Shown: positions 30,033 to 39,332, numbered from the stretch's first letter. The stretch: 64,000 nucleotides of DNA from Gammaproteobacteria bacterium (GCA_965238175.1 CBDEGZ010000003.1:1472001-1536000); one strand, 5' to 3'. Program-made: numbers and translations. The notes: generated from the sequence alone by a model not told the origin.

Positions 30033-31142
30033 TTATTTACCTAAAAATGATTTTAAACGAACTCCTGTTGTGCCTTCGATGTTAACTATTTCACCAATAC
30101 CTAATAATTGACCATTACTAAAAATATGAACTGACTTATCTATCGGTTTATCTAACGAAAATATATAGCCAGGACTAAGTGCTTTCACTTGAGAAATTGG
30201 TAATGAAACACTTCCAAGTTCGAATTCTAACTTAACGTTAATTTCGTCAATAAAATTCAATTCTTGATCTAGACCCTCTTGATAGCGGCGGTTAGGCTTG
30301 TTTTCTTTATGTTTGTCTTTTCCAGAGCTCTCTTCTGACATTTCAATATCCTTTTTAAATTGATTTGGTATTTTATCAACAATCAAAATATCCTCTTTCT
30401 CGGACGATTCCGAATCTGATTTTTTCAGCTTCAATGTTAAATGGAGACGATCAGAAATCGTCGCCATCACTCTGTTCTCATCTCCAAAAATATCTTGATC
30501 GAAAAGAACCACATCACCAGTTTCCAGGCTGTACAACTCTGAAGATGTCAGTATTGATGAACCAATAAGAAGCTGGGTGTTAAGACTAAGTTGTTCAAAA
30601 TCATTTGTTGATGTGGCCTGATGTTGAAGTAACTGTACTAATTCAGCGGAACTATCGCTATTAACTTTAATTGTTCCTGTCGCAATTTGCCCCGATTCTG
30701 ATGTCAAATGATAGTATAAAACGTAGGGATCAGAGAAAATATAAGGTTTAGCCAATTGTATTTCCTTTTCGACGGCATCAAACAAGATGGGTTTCTCATC
30801 AATAATATTCTCTATCCAGTGAAGAACTGGTGAAAGTAAGACCTTACTCGTAAGTTTTCTTACCACACGAGATCGTGAGCGTAACAAAGGAATGACATCA
30901 AGATTATTTTTCTTAATAAATTCGGGCCATTGATTTATCGTGATGATAAAAGTCGAATTACCAGATTTAAGAATAGTGGCGTACTCAGGTTGAGCGGCAT
31001 TTTCCTCATTTTCTAACGATAAATGTAGTTTATAGTTTTGACCATCAATTTTAATATCCACAGGTGAAGCATAGGCAGAGATTAAATTATTCACCGTCAA
31101 TACAGACTTATTTATACATGGAAACTCGGCTAAAGTATTCAT
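30033..31142 (-). CDS. sctQ: T3SS cytoplasmic ring SctQ
   Basis: Two SPOA domains (LETGDVVL; LEFELG..GEIVNIEGTTGVRL). Confidence 0.85.
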   Translation of the reverse strand: MNTLAEFPCINKSVLTVNNLISAYASPVDIKIDGQNYKLHLSLENEENAAQPEYATILKSGNSTFIITINQWPEFIKKNNLDVIPLLRSRSRVVRKLTSKVLLSPVLHWIENIIDEKPILFDAVEKEIQLAKPYIFSDPYVLYYHLTSESGQIATGTIKVNSDSSAELVQLLQHQATSTNDFEQLSLNTQLLIGSSILTSSELYSLETGDVVLFDQDIFGDENRVMATISDRLHLTLKLKKSDSESSEKEDILIVDKIPNQFKKDIEMSEESSGKDKHKENKPNRRYQEGLDQELNFIDEINVKLEFELGSVSLPISQVKALSPGYIFSLDKPIDKSVHIFSNGQLLGIGEIVNIEGTTGVRLKSFLGK

Positions 31143-31144
31143 CT

Positions 31145-31735
31145 TTAAAATGGACCTCCATCAGAACTCGTGTGATCAAGATCGATGTTAGTACGGAAAA
31201 TATCTTCCAGCTGAGCTATTTTTTGATCAGCATTGACATGCACCACACCCATTTCAGATTCGATTATGCAATCATCTTTCTCAATACGATGATCAGCTAC
31301 CACATTAACTTTTCCAGACAAGGATTCTATATCTCTTAATCTAAGTAAGGTTTTATGAGGAATGCTTGGCGAAATTCTAAGTGTGATTTCTCGTGCGTTA
31401 GATAATTCAGATAAACTTTGCTGCACTGATTGAACTAAAAATTCATCAGGCTCGTAGTTTGCAACAATTTTCCTAATATTATTCAAGACAACATCAACAA
31501 TGTCATTCTCTAATTGTTGAACGTAATCAATAGAGTCAGAAACAAGTGATAAAGATTCTGCAAGCGCTTGAGATTTTGCATCCTCTTGTCCTTGAATCAA
31601 TCCTTTTTTATAGGCAATTTTGCAGATTGTTTCTGCGTAGGCCAGGATATCTTCTGCTTTTTGCTGATTCGAATCATTAGTTTGAACAGACTCAAGTATC
31701 TCGTCTACATCATTAGATTTAATTATATTCTTCAT
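31145..31735 (-). CDS. sctL: T3SS stator SctL (YscL/FliH family)
   Basis: AYKKGLIQGQEDA GxxxG repeat, C-terminal DCIIESEMGVV. Confidence 0.85.
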   Translation of the reverse strand: MKNIIKSNDVDEILESVQTNDSNQQKAEDILAYAETICKIAYKKGLIQGQEDAKSQALAESLSLVSDSIDYVQQLENDIVDVVLNNIRKIVANYEPDEFLVQSVQQSLSELSNAREITLRISPSIPHKTLLRLRDIESLSGKVNVVADHRIEKDDCIIESEMGVVHVNADQKIAQLEDIFRTNIDLDHTSSDGGPF

Positions 31736-32447
31736 GGATCACTCCTTGATCAAGGGTCGAGGTATTTTCAGTTTTTACATGGATTGAATTATGCTCAAAA
31801 TGATCCGTTAATAACCTTATTAATTCCACACAATTTGATTTCTTATAAGCAGTCATTTGATTTCGATTAGACAAATAAGAAAGACTATTTTTTCCAAGCT
31901 TTAATATAAGGCGAGTTACCAGTGCCTTGCTTTCATTGTTGAGCGCTCGACCTAAAACAATTAGTCCATTAGCAAAAACTTGTGTCTTTAATGGCTTTTT
32001 CATATCGAATCTAACCTGAGTTAAATTTGGAATTTGGCGACACATAGTCGTTGCTTCATGAATAGCGAAGATATACATATCGGTACCGAGTTGATTTTTA
32101 AACTCTATAACATCGCTCTTCATAATCGTTTGTTTTATTTGATCACAAACGGATACTACACCGAGTAACATAACAAACTTTGATAACTCAAGAGGAGATA
32201 ACAAACTTATTTTTTGTGTAGGAGTCTTAAATTTCAGAAGAGGAGTATCTTTCAATTTAAAATGTTCCAGAACTATTTTTGAGACAGCAACTTCAGCTTC
32301 AGTTTTATGGCTAAGGATCCTGAGTTCTTTTCCATCCTTTATGTTTTCCCACCAGCTGTCGTGTAGATACCGGGTGGGTAAAAAGTTCAGAACATAAGAC
32401 TTATCAAATATTTTCTCAGTCATTACACCCACCTTAGATAGATCCAT
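31719..32447 (-). CDS. Probable sorting-platform protein SctK
   Basis: Lies between sctJ and sctL; FLPTRYLHDSW and RLILKL motifs resemble YscK/OrgA. Confidence 0.65.
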   Translation of the reverse strand: MDLSKVGVMTEKIFDKSYVLNFLPTRYLHDSWWENIKDGKELRILSHKTEAEVAVSKIVLEHFKLKDTPLLKFKTPTQKISLLSPLELSKFVMLLGVVSVCDQIKQTIMKSDVIEFKNQLGTDMYIFAIHEATTMCRQIPNLTQVRFDMKKPLKTQVFANGLIVLGRALNNESKALVTRLILKLGKNSLSYLSNRNQMTAYKKSNCVELIRLLTDHFEHNSIHVKTENTSTLDQGVIHEEYN

Positions 32448-33318
32448 TAACAGTTTGTCGTACTGACGCCTTTTTCCTTGAGCTTACGGGTGCTTGATTT
32501 TTATCATTTACCTTCTTAACAAGTAGGCCAATAATAACCAGCATTACAAGAAAAAATATTACAAACAGGCTAATAATAAAACGAATTGTAGTTGCAGATT
32601 CTGTTGGAACACGAACACCTGAAACACTGGTCCAGCGAGACGAGGTTTCATCAGATTCTATTGAGTTAGTTGCAGGCAGAATGACGACAGATATCTTGTC
32701 GTACGTTAAACCCTCGATACTTTTCTCAACAATAAATTTGATCTCGGATTTGAAATCTTCAAGATTGCTATTTGCTAAGGATTTAATAAAAACAGAAGCT
32801 GAAGATGGCTTTATATCTTCATTAAAAGGATTATTCTCAGGTAAAACGATATGAACTCGTGCGGTGACAACACCATCAATACGTGACAAGGTCTCTTGAA
32901 CTTCTTGCTTTAAGGCATAGATATATCTAACGCGTTCTTCAATAGGTGAGGAAATCAGCCCTTTTTTGTCAAAAAGATCAGTCACCTTCACAAAAGTTTC
33001 TCTTGGAAAGCCCTTTTGTTTCAATAAAGACAACGCAGAAGGGACTTGTGATTTTTCGATATGTATTGAAAGTGTTTTATCTTTCTTATCGACAACCTTG
33101 TCTGTACTTACCCCATTACTTAACAGGATTGCCATCATCTGATTTGCATCTTCTTCACTTAAATTAGTGAATAAAGGCTCTTTACACGAACTAAGAACCA
33201 ACAACAACATGAAAGCAGAAAAAAGCTTGACCAAACACACACGATCTAATTTTGGGGAAGATAGTGATATATAACGACTGTAACATTCCATATTCATAAC
33301 CGGACTCCTTTCCGACAA
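32434..33318 (-). CDS. sctJ: T3SS inner-ring lipoprotein SctJ
   Basis: Lipobox LSSC, LSEEDANQM, GLISSPIEE, IDGVVTARVHIVLP, SASVFIK, C-terminal TM. Start codon uncertain. Confidence 0.95.
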   Translation of the reverse strand: MSERSPVMNMECYSRYISLSSPKLDRVCLVKLFSAFMLLLVLSSCKEPLFTNLSEEDANQMMAILLSNGVSTDKVVDKKDKTLSIHIEKSQVPSALSLLKQKGFPRETFVKVTDLFDKKGLISSPIEERVRYIYALKQEVQETLSRIDGVVTARVHIVLPENNPFNEDIKPSSASVFIKSLANSNLEDFKSEIKFIVEKSIEGLTYDKISVVILPATNSIESDETSSRWTSVSGVRVPTESATTIRFIISLFVIFFLVMLVIIGLLVKKVNDKNQAPVSSRKKASVRQTVNGSI

Positions 33319-33620
33319 GAAGCGCTACATTAACAGAAAAACTGTGAGTGATAACTAGCTACTATAAGAAAATAATGAAAACAAATGTTTCCAGATATTC
33401 AGCTTGCAAGTCAAAATTTTGTTGAGGTTTATGTCAATATCTAGTTATATTAATTTAATATCAATAGGTTAACTACCACTTTAATATTTGCGGATCGACT
33501 CAGGAGGTAAGCATTTTATAAAATAAACATCAGTCCAAAATACGAATTAATATTGTTAAAAATATATTCTTCTGTGAAAATAGCCACTCAGAACTTACCT
33601 AATCCAATAAGAGTGATAAT

Positions 33621-33866
33621 ATGGTCGGCAGCGTAGACATTAGTGATTTAACATTAAAGCAGTTACTGCACTTCTATCAAGATGCTGTTACTGCGGGTAA
33701 TAACCAGCCTTTTAAACAGAGAAGTCAATCAGAAACTAAAATGACTGACCAACAGGATATAAAGAAATTTTCTGAGGCCATGGATAATCCATCTGATACC
33801 CAACCCAAGGTTGATCAAAGTCTTGCTAATATTGTGGATGATCTAATTAAAATAATCGGTGAATAA
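33621..33866 (+). CDS. Small hypothetical protein OrfA1 (paralog of 39628-39873)
   Basis: Shares DLTLKQLL..Y, QQDI.KFS and DQ.L..IVD.LIK.IG with 39628-39873. Confidence 0.75.
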   Translation: MVGSVDISDLTLKQLLHFYQDAVTAGNNQPFKQRSQSETKMTDQQDIKKFSEAMDNPSDTQPKVDQSLANIVDDLIKIIGE

Positions 33867-33897
33867 CCCTAACTTCAATTTAAATAATAATACAAAT

Positions 33898-34090
33898 GAG
33901 AACCTGACAAATTCTCAGGAAGCTTCTAAAACAAGTATAGACTTTGTTTAAAGCGCTGTAATACCAAGGAACTAATCCACAAGAACAATGTCTTTAGCAT
34001 TTTCTTTCTCCTATAATGACGCCCAGCGGTTTTGTGATAGGAATCTATAACCGTTACGTTAAGGGTAAAACAAAATAAACATTAAGGAGA
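33898..34090 (+). promoter_or_regulatory. Island promoter/leader block, copy 1
   Basis: GAGAACCTGACAAATTCTCAGGAAGCTTC...CCACAAGAACAATG..ATTTTCTTTCTCCTATAAT (-10 at 34012-17); homologous to 35602-35860. Confidence 0.75.
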
Positions 34091-34096
34091 AATAAT

Positions 34097-34318
34097 ATGG
34101 GAATTGGAATTGGAGTAGCTATAGCAATGGATTTTATTCAAGGCATAGGAAAGCTTATTCAGAATGCCCAAAATCAAAAAACAGAACAGATGGAAGCGGA
34201 GCAGGGGATGCGAAATACGGCTTCTAAGGCGATGGATTCTGTAATGGCAAAGATTGCTGAAGTTAGTGAGGCAATTGGAGGTGTTACAGATCGACAATCA
34301 GAACGAGCTGGTAGCTAA
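34097..34318 (+). CDS. Small helical protein, candidate T3SS pilin/needle subunit 1
   Basis: 73 aa, strong SD AAGGAGA, no Cys/Trp, helical C-half similar to 35902-36126. Confidence 0.6.
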   Translation: MGIGIGVAIAMDFIQGIGKLIQNAQNQKTEQMEAEQGMRNTASKAMDSVMAKIAEVSEAIGGVTDRQSERAGS

Positions 34319-34335
34319 TTGGGTAACTATTAATA

Positions 34336-34523
34336 AATCTGAGCTTGAGGCAATCATTCGCTTAAAGATCTGTTAAATCATAAGGTTAATATATTACATT
34401 TAGGAATACATAATCAACAAACTAGCAGAAGGCGGACGCCCACGAAGTGATACTCCCCAGCGTATGTTGATACGCTGGGGGTTTGCGTAGCCTGCGCAGT
34501 ATTTCTTATCCTGAGTTCAGGTT
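34336..34523. repeat. MITE-like element, copy 1, with internal GC hairpin
   Basis: Right end CTTATCCTGAGTTCAGGTT is the exact inverse of 35015-35033; left end degenerate; hairpin CCCCAGCGTAT-GTTG-ATACGCTGGGG at 34455-34480. Confidence 0.5.
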
Positions 34524-34562
34524 AATTATGAAAACGTTTTGTGGATATTGTGTTTCAAAAAA

Positions 34563-34790
34563 ACTAACAAGCGTACGCAGTTACTGTACTTTTATCAAAA
34601 TACTGCTCTGTAGGTAACAATCAGCTTTCTTAAACAGGGCCGTCAATCTAGTTAAAGACTAAAACGACTGACCAACAGGATGTAAAGAAATTTCTGAGAT
34701 CATGGATAGACCCTCTAATATTCAACCCAGGGTTGATCAGGATCTTGCTAATATTGTGGATGATCTAATTAACAATGATCGGTGAACAAG
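34563..34790 (+). pseudogene. Degenerate copy of OrfA1
   Basis: Nucleotide similarity to 33645-33866 (GCAGTTACTG, GACTGACCAACAGGAT, CTTGCTAATATTGTGGATGATCTAATTAA) with indels. Confidence 0.85.
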
Positions 34791-34814
34791 CCTGGTTTCA
34801 GTTTAAATATTTAA

Positions 34815-35450
34815 GGGGCTGACCCAGATAATATAATTTTTTGTATTATCTGAGTATGAGAAAAGTCGATTAAATCAGTATAAACAGAATCGTTGGTTGA
34901 ACTATTTAATTGCTTGAACAGCGGCCTCATTGGTCAATGAAAATACAAAAGCGGCGGTCTATTATTTTTAGCCGTTACAAGAAGTGATTTATAAGCACCA
35001 TGACAGGGTCGAACAACCTGAACTCAGGATAAGGAAAAACAGTTTGTCCTATTAATTGAATTGGTTAGTTTTTAGATGTAAGGCTTCGATACGGAGATCC
35101 TTCGCAAAAGCTCAGGATGACAGAGTAAAACGGTCATTCTGACGACTTTAGGAGGAAGAATCTCAGGAACGAAGCCTTTAAACTGCTTGTTTTCCATGGA
35201 CAACAATAGCCAAATTCTTATCCCGGGTTCAGATTACTTAAACGCAATGGGCAAGGTGTTGCAGGCATGACACCTGACGCGAAGGCAAAGATGTTGATGC
35301 CGAATATTCGCCGAAAAATCAAGCCAGATAGCTTCGTGTATACGGATTGTTGGAAAAGCTATAATAGACTTTGATGTTTCAAAATTTAAGCACTATCGTA
35401 TTAATTATAATGAGTTGATTGCTGATAAACAAAATCACATAAAATGAACT
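34815..35450 (+). mobile_element. IS1595-family (IS1016-like) transposase remnant, interrupted
   Basis: GGGGCTGA end; fragments RLNQYKQNR, LLKRNG, IRRKIKPDSFVYTDCWKSY, FKHYRIN..QNHI with frameshifts. Confidence 0.8.
35015..35235. mobile_element. MITE-like element, copy 2, inserted in the IS1016 remnant
   Basis: TIRs AACCTGAACTCAGGATAAG / CTTATCCCGGGTTCAGATT; internal inverted pair GAGATCCTTCG..CTCAGGATGAC / GTCATTCTGA..GAAGAATCTC at 35094-35164. Confidence 0.65.
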
Positions 35451-35601
35451 TTCATGATGTTAGTTGATCTGAATAAATCAGCAAACAGCACAAATCGATA
35501 AATATTCATGAAAGCGCAAACACTATTGAAGGAACTTTTAAGGAATATCACCCCTAATATGTATAAAGCTCGACGCCAAAGTCTTCATGACATAATCAAG
35601 T

Positions 35602-35860
35602 GAGAATCTGACAAATTCTCAGGAAGCTTCGGCTTTAAACCATACAAACAAGCAATACCCACCTAGTGACTATCAGGCTGCTAAGTTAGTTTCTAAACAC
35701 AAATATAGATCTTTGTTTAACGTACTAATAATACAAAAGTATTAGTCCACAAGAACAATGTTTTTAATATTTTCTTTCTCCTATAATTACGTCCAGAGGT
35801 TTGAGAAAGGAATCTAAAACCAATCCTCTTAGAGGTAAAACAACTAAGTAAACATTAAGT
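35602..35860 (+). promoter_or_regulatory. Island promoter/leader block, copy 2
   Basis: Homologous to 33898-34090; -10 TATAAT at 35782-87; inverted repeat ACTAATA-N9-TATTAGT. Confidence 0.75.
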
Positions 35861-35901
35861 GTAGTTAAACATTAGAAAGTTAATATAAAAGGAGAAATAG
35901 T

Positions 35902-36126
35902 ATGTTTGGTATTTTTGAAGGTTTAATTCAAGGGCAAGAGCAACGACAGGCACAATCTCTTGCGGCTCAATCTAGAATACAACAGTCGAGTCAAGATCAT
36001 GAAGCAATGTCATCTATGATGAAATTGGAATTTGATGTGGTAATGGCGACGATTGAAAGATTAGCTTCTGTCGGCGAGAAAGTTGCAAATCTTACAGAAA
36101 CACAATCACAGCAACTTGCTAACTAA
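35902..36126 (+). CDS. Small helical protein, candidate T3SS pilin/needle subunit 2
   Basis: 74 aa, SD AAGGAGA, Q/S/A-rich helix; DVVMATI..TETQSQQ resembles DSVMAKI..TDRQSER of 34097. Confidence 0.6.
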   Translation: MFGIFEGLIQGQEQRQAQSLAAQSRIQQSSQDHEAMSSMMKLEFDVVMATIERLASVGEKVANLTETQSQQLAN

Positions 36127-36221
36127 TTAAGCAGTTATCGATAGAAATAATTTATAAATTATATATTTAAAAGAAATAGCTAATAAATTAAATTATAAAA
36201 ATAACTAAATGAATTAAATTA

Positions 36222-36254
36222 AGGTGCTAACGAAAAAGTTAGCACCTATTTTTT
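36222..36254 (+). terminator. Intrinsic terminator/attenuator between the pilin-like ORF and the collagen gene
   Basis: AGGTGCTAAC-GAAAAA-GTTAGCACCT followed by ATTTTTT. Confidence 0.8.
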
Positions 36255-36273
36255 AAATTCAATAAATAATTTC

Positions 36274-36312
36274 AAGAATTAATCAGGTTAAATAAGAATT
36301 AATCAGGTTAAA
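36274..36312 (+). repeat. Tandem 19-bp direct repeat before the collagen gene RBS
   Basis: AAGAATTAATCAGGTTAAA at 36274 and 36294. Confidence 0.85.
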
Positions 36313-36325
36313 AAGGAGAAAAAAA

Positions 36326-39289
36326 ATGAACGGAGTAACCGGAGCAGGGCCAGGACCAAGCGTATACAATCTACCCAAAGATGGACAAGGAGGCTTTGCA
36401 ACCAAACAAGGAGGCTTTGCAACCAAAGAGGGTCGCAACGGACCAGGAATAGGGCCAAATGGGCAAGCTGGATCATTTTACTCAGGCTTTATCCCAGCAG
36501 GACAACCAGGAACACCAGGATCACCAGGATCACCAGGACGACCAGGAGTCGGATCACCAGGATCACCAGGACGACCAGGAGTCGGATCACCAGGATTACC
36601 AGGACGACCAGGAACACCAGGAACACCAGGAACACCAGGACAACAAGGGGTCGGACCAACAGGAGCACCAGGAGCACCAGGAAACCCAGGATTTGGAAAC
36701 CCAGGAACCCCTGGTCAGAATGGAAACCCTGGACAGCCAGGTCAGCGAGGACCAACAGGATATGGAAACCCAGGAACCCCTGGACAGAATGGAAACCCTG
36801 GAAACCCAGGTCAGCTTGGACCCCAAGGATTCCGAGGAAACCCAGGTCAGCTTGGACCCCAAGGATTCCGAGGAAACCCTGGTCAGAATGGAAACCCTGG
36901 ACAGCCAGGTCAGCGAGGACCAACAGGATATGGAAACCCAGGAACCCCTGGACAGAATGGAAACCCTGGAAACCCAGGTCAGCTTGGACCCCAAGGATTC
37001 CGAGGAAACCCTGGTCAGAATGGAAACCCTGGACAGCCAGGTCAGCTTGGACCCCAAGGATTCCGAGGAACCCCTGGTCAGAATGGAAACCCTGGACAGC
37101 CAGGTCAGCGAGGACCAACAGGATATGGAAACCCAGGAACCCCTGGTCAGAATGGAAACCCTGGACAGCCAGGTCAGCGAGGACCAACAGGATATGGAAA
37201 CCCAGGAACCCCTGGACAGAATGGAAACCCTGGAAACCCAGGTCAGCTTGGACCCCAAGGATTCCGAGGAACCCCTGGTCAGAATGGAAGCCCTGGACAG
37301 CCAGGTCAGCGAGGACCAACAGGATATGGAAACCCAGGAACCCCTGGACAGAATGGAAACCCTGGACAGCCAGGTCAGCGAGGAGCAACAGGATACCCTG
37401 GTGCTCCTGGTATAGGAACCCCTGGTCGGAATGGAACCCCTGGTCAGCTTGGACCCCAAGGATTCCGAGGAAACCCTGGTCCGCAAGGACGAACAGGATA
37501 CCCTGGTGCTCCTGGTATAGGAACTCCTGGTCGGGATGGTCAGCCAGGAGCCCAAGGAGCCTCTGGTCGGGATGGTCAGCCAGGAGCCCAAGGAGCCTCT
37601 GGTCGGAATGGTCAGCCAGGAGCCCAAGGAGCCTCTGGTCGGGATGGTCAGCCAGGAGCCCAAGGAGCCTCTGGTCGGAATGGTCAGCCAGGAGCCCAAG
37701 GAGCCTCTGGTCGGGATGGTCAGCCAGGAGCCCAAGGAGCCTCTGGTCGGGATGGTCAGCCAGGAGCCCAAGGAGCTACAGGTGCTACAGGTGTAGGACA
37801 AATAGGTGCTTCAGGCGAAGGTTTCATCGAATGGTTCACTAGAGTGGAGGGTGATCAAAATGGAGATGACGTAATAACTAGAGAAGACGTCAGAATCTGG
37901 TTAAGAGGTGATAAAGGTGACACTGGAGCACCTGGAGCAACTGGAGCAACTGGAGCAACTGGAGCAACTGGAGCAACTGGAACACCTGGAGCAACTGGAC
38001 AAGCCGGAGCGAAAGGTGACAGAGGTGATAGAGGTTACAATGGAGCACCTGGAGCAACTGGACAAGCCGGAGCGAAAGGTGACAGAGGTGATAGAGGTTA
38101 CAATGGAGCACCTGGAGCAACTGGACAAGCCGGAGCGAAAGGTGACAGAGGTGATAGAGGTTACAATGGAGCACCTGGAGCAACTGGACAAGCCGGAGCG
38201 AAAGGTGACAGAGGTGATAGAGGTTACAATGGAGCACCTGGAGCAACTGGACAAGCCGGAGCGAAAGGTGACAGAGGTGATAGAGGTTACAATGGAGCAC
38301 CTGGAGCAACTGGACAAGCCGGAGCGAAAGGTGACAGAGGTGATAGAGGTTACAATGGAGCAACTGGAGCAACTGGAGCACCTGGAGCACCTGGAGCAAC
38401 TGGACAAGCCGGAGCGAAAGGTGACAGAGGTGATAGAGGTTACAATGGAGCACCTGGACGAGATGGTGAGCGAGGTGAGCGAGGTGAGCGAGGTAGGAAT
38501 GGCTACAATGGTCGAGATGGTCAGCCTGGTAGGAATGGCGGACATGGCGGATATGGCCCAGTAGGTCGTCCGGGACCAAGTGGTCCGAGTCCAAGTGGTC
38601 CGTATCCAAGTGGTCCGAACCCAAGTGGTCCGAGACCAAGTGGTCCGAACCCAAGTGGTCCAGGTACAAGCCCAACACGCCCGACAAGCCCGAGCCCAGC
38701 ATGTGCAAATGATAATGGTAGGTTTAGTCAGCAGCTGGAACAGCTTACACAACTTCTTAGCCGACTCACTGAATTACTCAGTAGTTTCTCAGGTGGCGGG
38801 AATGGCGGGAAAGGTGGTGGTTACCCAAGCACAGGTGGTGGTTACCCAGGATCAGCAGGACCAGCAGGATCGCCAGGTGAAAGAGGTTACCCAGGATCAG
38901 CAGGACCAGTAGGACCAGTAGGACCGCGAGGTTACAATGGTATGGACGGTAGGGACGGCATGATAGGACCACCGGGACCAGCAGGACCACCGGGACCAGC
39001 AGGACCAGCAGGACCAGCAGGACCAGCAGGATCGCAAGGTGAAAGGGGTTACCCAGGACCAGCAGGACCAGCAGGATCGCAAGGTGAAAGGGGTTACCCA
39101 GGACCAGCAGGACCAGCAGGATCGAAAGGTGGCGGTGGTGGCTACTCTCATAGCACGGGGAGATCATCAACATTTGATACAATAAATAATGTACTGAGAA
39201 CCTTGGCGCCTATTTCGAATGTGATCGAAGGTTTGATCAATGCGTTCAGCGGCGGTGGCTCGCGGTCTCATAGTGGGGGTGGTTATTAA
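36326..39289 (+). CDS. Collagen-like (Gly-X-Y repeat) protein with harpin-like helices; no Sec signal
   Basis: 987 aa, mostly G-X-Y triplets in several repeat blocks; SD AAGGAGA; non-collagen islands near aa 495-530, 770-830 and 935-987. Confidence 0.92.
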   Translation: MNGVTGAGPGPSVYNLPKDGQGGFATKQGGFATKEGRNGPGIGPNGQAGSFYSGFIPAGQPGTPGSPGSPGRPGVGSPGSPGRPGVGSPGLPGRPGTPGTPGTPGQQGVGPTGAPGAPGNPGFGNPGTPGQNGNPGQPGQRGPTGYGNPGTPGQNGNPGNPGQLGPQGFRGNPGQLGPQGFRGNPGQNGNPGQPGQRGPTGYGNPGTPGQNGNPGNPGQLGPQGFRGNPGQNGNPGQPGQLGPQGFRGTPGQNGNPGQPGQRGPTGYGNPGTPGQNGNPGQPGQRGPTGYGNPGTPGQNGNPGNPGQLGPQGFRGTPGQNGSPGQPGQRGPTGYGNPGTPGQNGNPGQPGQRGATGYPGAPGIGTPGRNGTPGQLGPQGFRGNPGPQGRTGYPGAPGIGTPGRDGQPGAQGASGRDGQPGAQGASGRNGQPGAQGASGRDGQPGAQGASGRNGQPGAQGASGRDGQPGAQGASGRDGQPGAQGATGATGVGQIGASGEGFIEWFTRVEGDQNGDDVITREDVRIWLRGDKGDTGAPGATGATGATGATGATGTPGATGQAGAKGDRGDRGYNGAPGATGQAGAKGDRGDRGYNGAPGATGQAGAKGDRGDRGYNGAPGATGQAGAKGDRGDRGYNGAPGATGQAGAKGDRGDRGYNGAPGATGQAGAKGDRGDRGYNGATGATGAPGAPGATGQAGAKGDRGDRGYNGAPGRDGERGERGERGRNGYNGRDGQPGRNGGHGGYGPVGRPGPSGPSPSGPYPSGPNPSGPRPSGPNPSGPGTSPTRPTSPSPACANDNGRFSQQLEQLTQLLSRLTELLSSFSGGGNGGKGGGYPSTGGGYPGSAGPAGSPGERGYPGSAGPVGPVGPRGYNGMDGRDGMIGPPGPAGPPGPAGPAGPAGPAGSQGERGYPGPAGPAGSQGERGYPGPAGPAGSKGGGGGYSHSTGRSSTFDTINNVLRTLAPISNVIEGLINAFSGGGSRSHSGGGY
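36500..39125 (+). repeat. Coding tandem-repeat arrays (9-, 36-, 63-bp and longer units)
   Basis: 36-bp units at 37528-37775; 63-bp [21 protein letters not shown] units x7 at ~37990-38455; 15-bp GPxPS units at 38573-38660. Confidence 0.95.
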
Positions 39290-39332
39290 GCTCAATGTTC
39301 CAACAGCTTAAACTTATGTTTAGGTCAATAAA

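Noticed and set aside
33968-33985. HrpL-type hrp box (GGAACT...CCACAAGA)
   Set aside because: Only 3 nt separate the half-sites (15-16 needed), and GGAAC is not kept in the other promoter copies.
36500-39125. Possible CRISPR array
   Set aside because: Repeats are contiguous, multiples of 3, in-frame and lack unique spacers; no cas genes.
36459-39182. Long alternative-frame and antisense ORFs over the collagen gene
   Set aside because: By-products of stop-free G-X-Y tandem repeats; only the collagen frame has an SD and non-repetitive domains.
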